64,000 nt of DNA from Macrostomum hystrix (lineage: Eukaryota; Animalia; Platyhelminthes): positions 2,976,001-3,040,000 of the forward strand of contig CATNEN010000031.1 of NCBI GenBank assembly GCA_950097015.1. The letters run 5' to 3'. A program made the position numbers and the translations under genes. Positions 60,792 through 64,000 of the stretch are shown here, piece by piece. Positions within the stretch are counted from its first letter, which is position 1. The number at the start of each line of letters is the position of its first letter. The notes under the pieces were generated by a model, which made no database searches, was not told where the DNA came from, and was given only the letters and a program-made list of their open reading frames with translations.

Positions 60792-63700
60792 ATGGAAAAC
60801 GGCTTTTCAGAGGAAGACGATGGAAAATATTTATGGTTAGTTATATTTATATACAGTATTCTTTCCAGCAGACATTATTAACATTATTTTTTATTTAATG
60901 AGCATATAAAATTTTCTAATCAGTCAAGTGTACCATTATTTAGGCTAACAAAAATGTAAGTAGTATACAGTTCTGACCTGCTAACAATAACCCAGTTTTG
61001 TAAAGCAAGGTAGCTAGAGCCTAGAGATGCCTAGTAATTAGTTTAAGGACACCTGACAAGATTATTTTATACATATTTTTCTAGCTTTTGTTAGCCTTGG
61101 CTTAAATTACATTAAATAATTTAAATATTGCATTATTTTTTATCTATCTGTGTTAAACAGCTAGAAGCTCAATTTACTTCAACACAAGCACAAAAATATC
61201 ATATTAGCTCATAATTGCTTTAATTTTCTGTTTTGCACGTAGCCCAGTGTCAGTATCGACTATCGTGTGCTGGTGTATGCCAGAATGAAATTTGATTCCC
61301 TAGCTCCTGTACCCCAATGTACCCCAGCAGATTTATGTTGCTCAAAAAATATGCCAAGCAAAATTTGCACTTACTTACTTTATTGTATAACTTATAACTT
61401 ATAACTTTATTGTATATTTTATGTTCGCATGTATCTATCAGAAAAAGGAATTATAAAGTCTATTAAGTTTATGACTGACCGACCATAAAAAAAGATTTTG
61501 AAAAAATGATGTTGGTTAACAATATTAAACAAAGTGTTGACGGTAAAAATGTAATTTAGTAAAGACGATTTTTATCTTTCAAATATTGTATATTTAAATA
61601 ACAAATAAAAGGCTTAAAGAAAAATTTCAGTAATTGTTAGTACTGCACTTTTGAAAATTGACGTGATGTTGGTTGCAGAGTGGCAGAATTTTGAGAACTA
61701 TTACTCTGTCAATGTTATGCCATTAACGCCATACACCAAGTTATGCTGTTACACCAGAGATAGGTATACACCAAGGCGGGTGTATGCCAAGCTGTATGCC
61801 AATGGGGTATGCCAGACCCCTCTGTACGCTGGAATTTTCCGGCGTACATGTATACTATCCGGAGTCTGGCATGTAGCAAAGAAAATATTATAGATTGATA
61901 AAAATTACAATGTACTATTCTATTGTACTGGTTAGGTTGTAAAAAAAGAAAATCATGAATACAATTATACCTTTGTTGTATATATAACAAACCTCAAAAC
62001 AATTGTGAATATAATTTTAGTTAATTTATGCATTGTTTTCATAATAAGAAGCAAATCATTAATGCTGTTTTAGTAAACATTTGCTTTAAACAGCTACCAT
62101 TTTTATGTACTCACTATTGCCAAAACCATAAAAAGAAAGAAGTAAATAAAACTATCATAAAAAGTATTTGTTATGTTACTTCAGTTAAATGACAATGCAG
62201 TGTATAGGGATACAAAAGGCAGAATAGCACTTATCACAATGATCAGCAAGACAATGTAATTGGTATTGGCTGGATGGCCTAGTTGTCTAGTCTTAACAAT
62301 TTAATAAGTTTCATTTCTATAGACCTATTGATTTTCCTGCTAGAATACATGTAAGTATACATATAAGTGTACAAACTTATATATACAAATCTAAGTATCT
62401 GTGTGATTTTATTTATGCACTATGCATTAAAATTTGGCATCCCTACATATTCACCCACAGGTCTCACATTCTTGAGGAGGTGCGCTCAAATGCAACCCAG
62501 AGTCTGCCAGCTCCCAAGAGTCTCCTGGTTCTAGGCGATGTCAGCTCAGGCAAGTCGGCTTTAGTTGCCCGACTAAAGGGCGAAGAAGGTCTCAGCAAAG
62601 GCCACGGCCTGGAGTATCACTACCTGGATGTGACAGACTCAGCTGGGCGCGAAGCCGACAGTCGGCTTGGCGTCTGGATCCTAGACGGCGATCCGTTTCA
62701 CCAGAATCTGCTGCGCTTCGCGCTGACCCGGGCCAACTTTTCCGACACCCTTGTGCTGCTAGTGGGCAGCGCCGAGTCGCCCTGGTCGCTAATTGAGTCC
62801 CTTCAGCAGTGGGCAGACATTCTGACGCGCTTTATTGACCGTCTCGGCCTAGACGCCGACGAGTTAAAAGAGGCTCGCGACTCTCTGGCGCGCCAGTTTG
62901 TCGACTACGTCGAGCCAGATGCCGACTCGGCTAATGCGCAACAAGCTGCCGCTGCCGCCGCCGCAGCCGCCGCCGCTGCTGCTGCAGCTACTCCCAGCGT
63001 TGCTTCCTCGACAGCCTCCTTGGCGGCAAGGAGGGCACCAAATCCATTGCACCCGCCAGCTGATCCAGATAAGGTGGCCCTGCCCCTGCCAGAGGGTGCT
63101 CTCATTAACAATCTGGGCCTACCGTTAGTTGTCGTGGTAACCAAAAGCGACGCAATGGCAGGCGTGTTAGAAAAAGAGTTTGATTATAAGGAGGAACACT
63201 TTGACTTTTTGCAGTATCATCTGCGCTGCTTCTGTCTCAAATGTGAGTGTTAAAATCGATTCTAAATATGTGCTAGATTTTTCTCATTGCGATTAAGTGA
63301 CCAAGTGCGCCCTTTGTCATTCGCTTCTGTTTTCAGACGGCGCCGCCCTAGTCTATACTTCCGTGCGCGAAGACAAAAACTGCGCCCTACTGCGCAGCTA
63401 CCTACTCCATCGGGCCTACGGCTCGCCGTGTCCACATGCACCATACGTTGTTGAACGCGACTGCGTGTTTGTGCCAGCTGGCTGGGACAGCCAGGCCAAG
63501 GCCTACCTGCTGGCTGCCAGCACCGGCTCGCTCACTAAGGATCTGTCTAATACGCCCTTCAGTGACGTCATCGCCAGGCCGCCCGGCTTCGCCGGCGGAG
63601 TCCGACGGGCCGCCGGCTCAACGCCCGGCCGTGGTGGCGGTGGCGGCGCCGGCGGTGGTCAGGCAGGCGCTGGCGGAGACGCCGAGCAGGCCGAGGATGA

Positions 63701-64000
63701 GCAGGTGTTCCTGTCCAGACTGCAGGCCGCCCTGCTCAAACAGTCGGCTGCTCCGGTTGGAGGCGCCAGTGTCGGCGTGTCATCCGCTGCGCCTGGCGTT
63801 GTCGGTACCGGCGCGCCCGGAGCAACCCGTTCCAGCGTCGGCGGCGGCGGCGTCGGCCCAGTCAAGCCGGGCGGAGCTGCCGCCGGCCGCCTGCCGCCTG
63901 GCGCCGCCGGCCAAGGCCAAAGCGCAGCGATGGGCGCCAACGACGGAGTGCTGGCGAACTTCTTCAATTCGCTGCTATCGAAGCGATCTGGCGCCGGCGT
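60792..64000 (+). CDS. DYNC1LI1: Cytoplasmic dynein 1 light intermediate chain (DYNC1LI1/2 family); runs off the right edge
   Basis: Exons 60792-60835, 62461-63242, 63337-end, phases consistent. LWSHILEEV, P-loop GDVSSGKS, KGHGLEYHYL, WILDGD, NLGLPLVVVVTKSD, EHFDFLQ, YGAALVYTS, FVPAGWDS and GVLANFFNSLLSK. Confidence 0.95.

Overview
Eukaryotic (metazoan) genomic DNA with GC-rich exons, AT-rich introns, many intronic minisatellites, tRNA-derived SINEs and RTE-type LINE relics. This style suggests a flatworm such as Macrostomum (inference only). I assembled seven spliced protein-coding genes by hand using GT/AG junctions and phase checks. Minus strand: TBCCD1 (runs off the left edge), ENTPD4/7-type Golgi apyrase, DPAGT1, and NPHP1 (20 exons, with an unusual 613-codon Lys/Asp/Glu exon). 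Plus strand: a tectonic (TCTN) gene head-to-head with NPHP1 only 302 bp away, SOSS-B/NABP, and dynein-1 light intermediate chain (runs off the right edge). Features not visible in the ORF track include: a stop-interrupted eLOTUS(-Tudor) TDRD5/7-like pseudogene; three perfect heat-shock elements plus TATAAATA with no downstream ORF; a 9.3-kb 35-bp satellite with higher-order structure whose two arrays each begin just behind a tRNA-like Pol III head; inverted-repeat-flanked segments; a tandem RFX X-box pair; and a 55-bp hAT-like element nested in a MITE. No CRISPR, rRNA or convincing functional tRNA gene was found. Family assignments come from recalled motif similarity, not from database searches.
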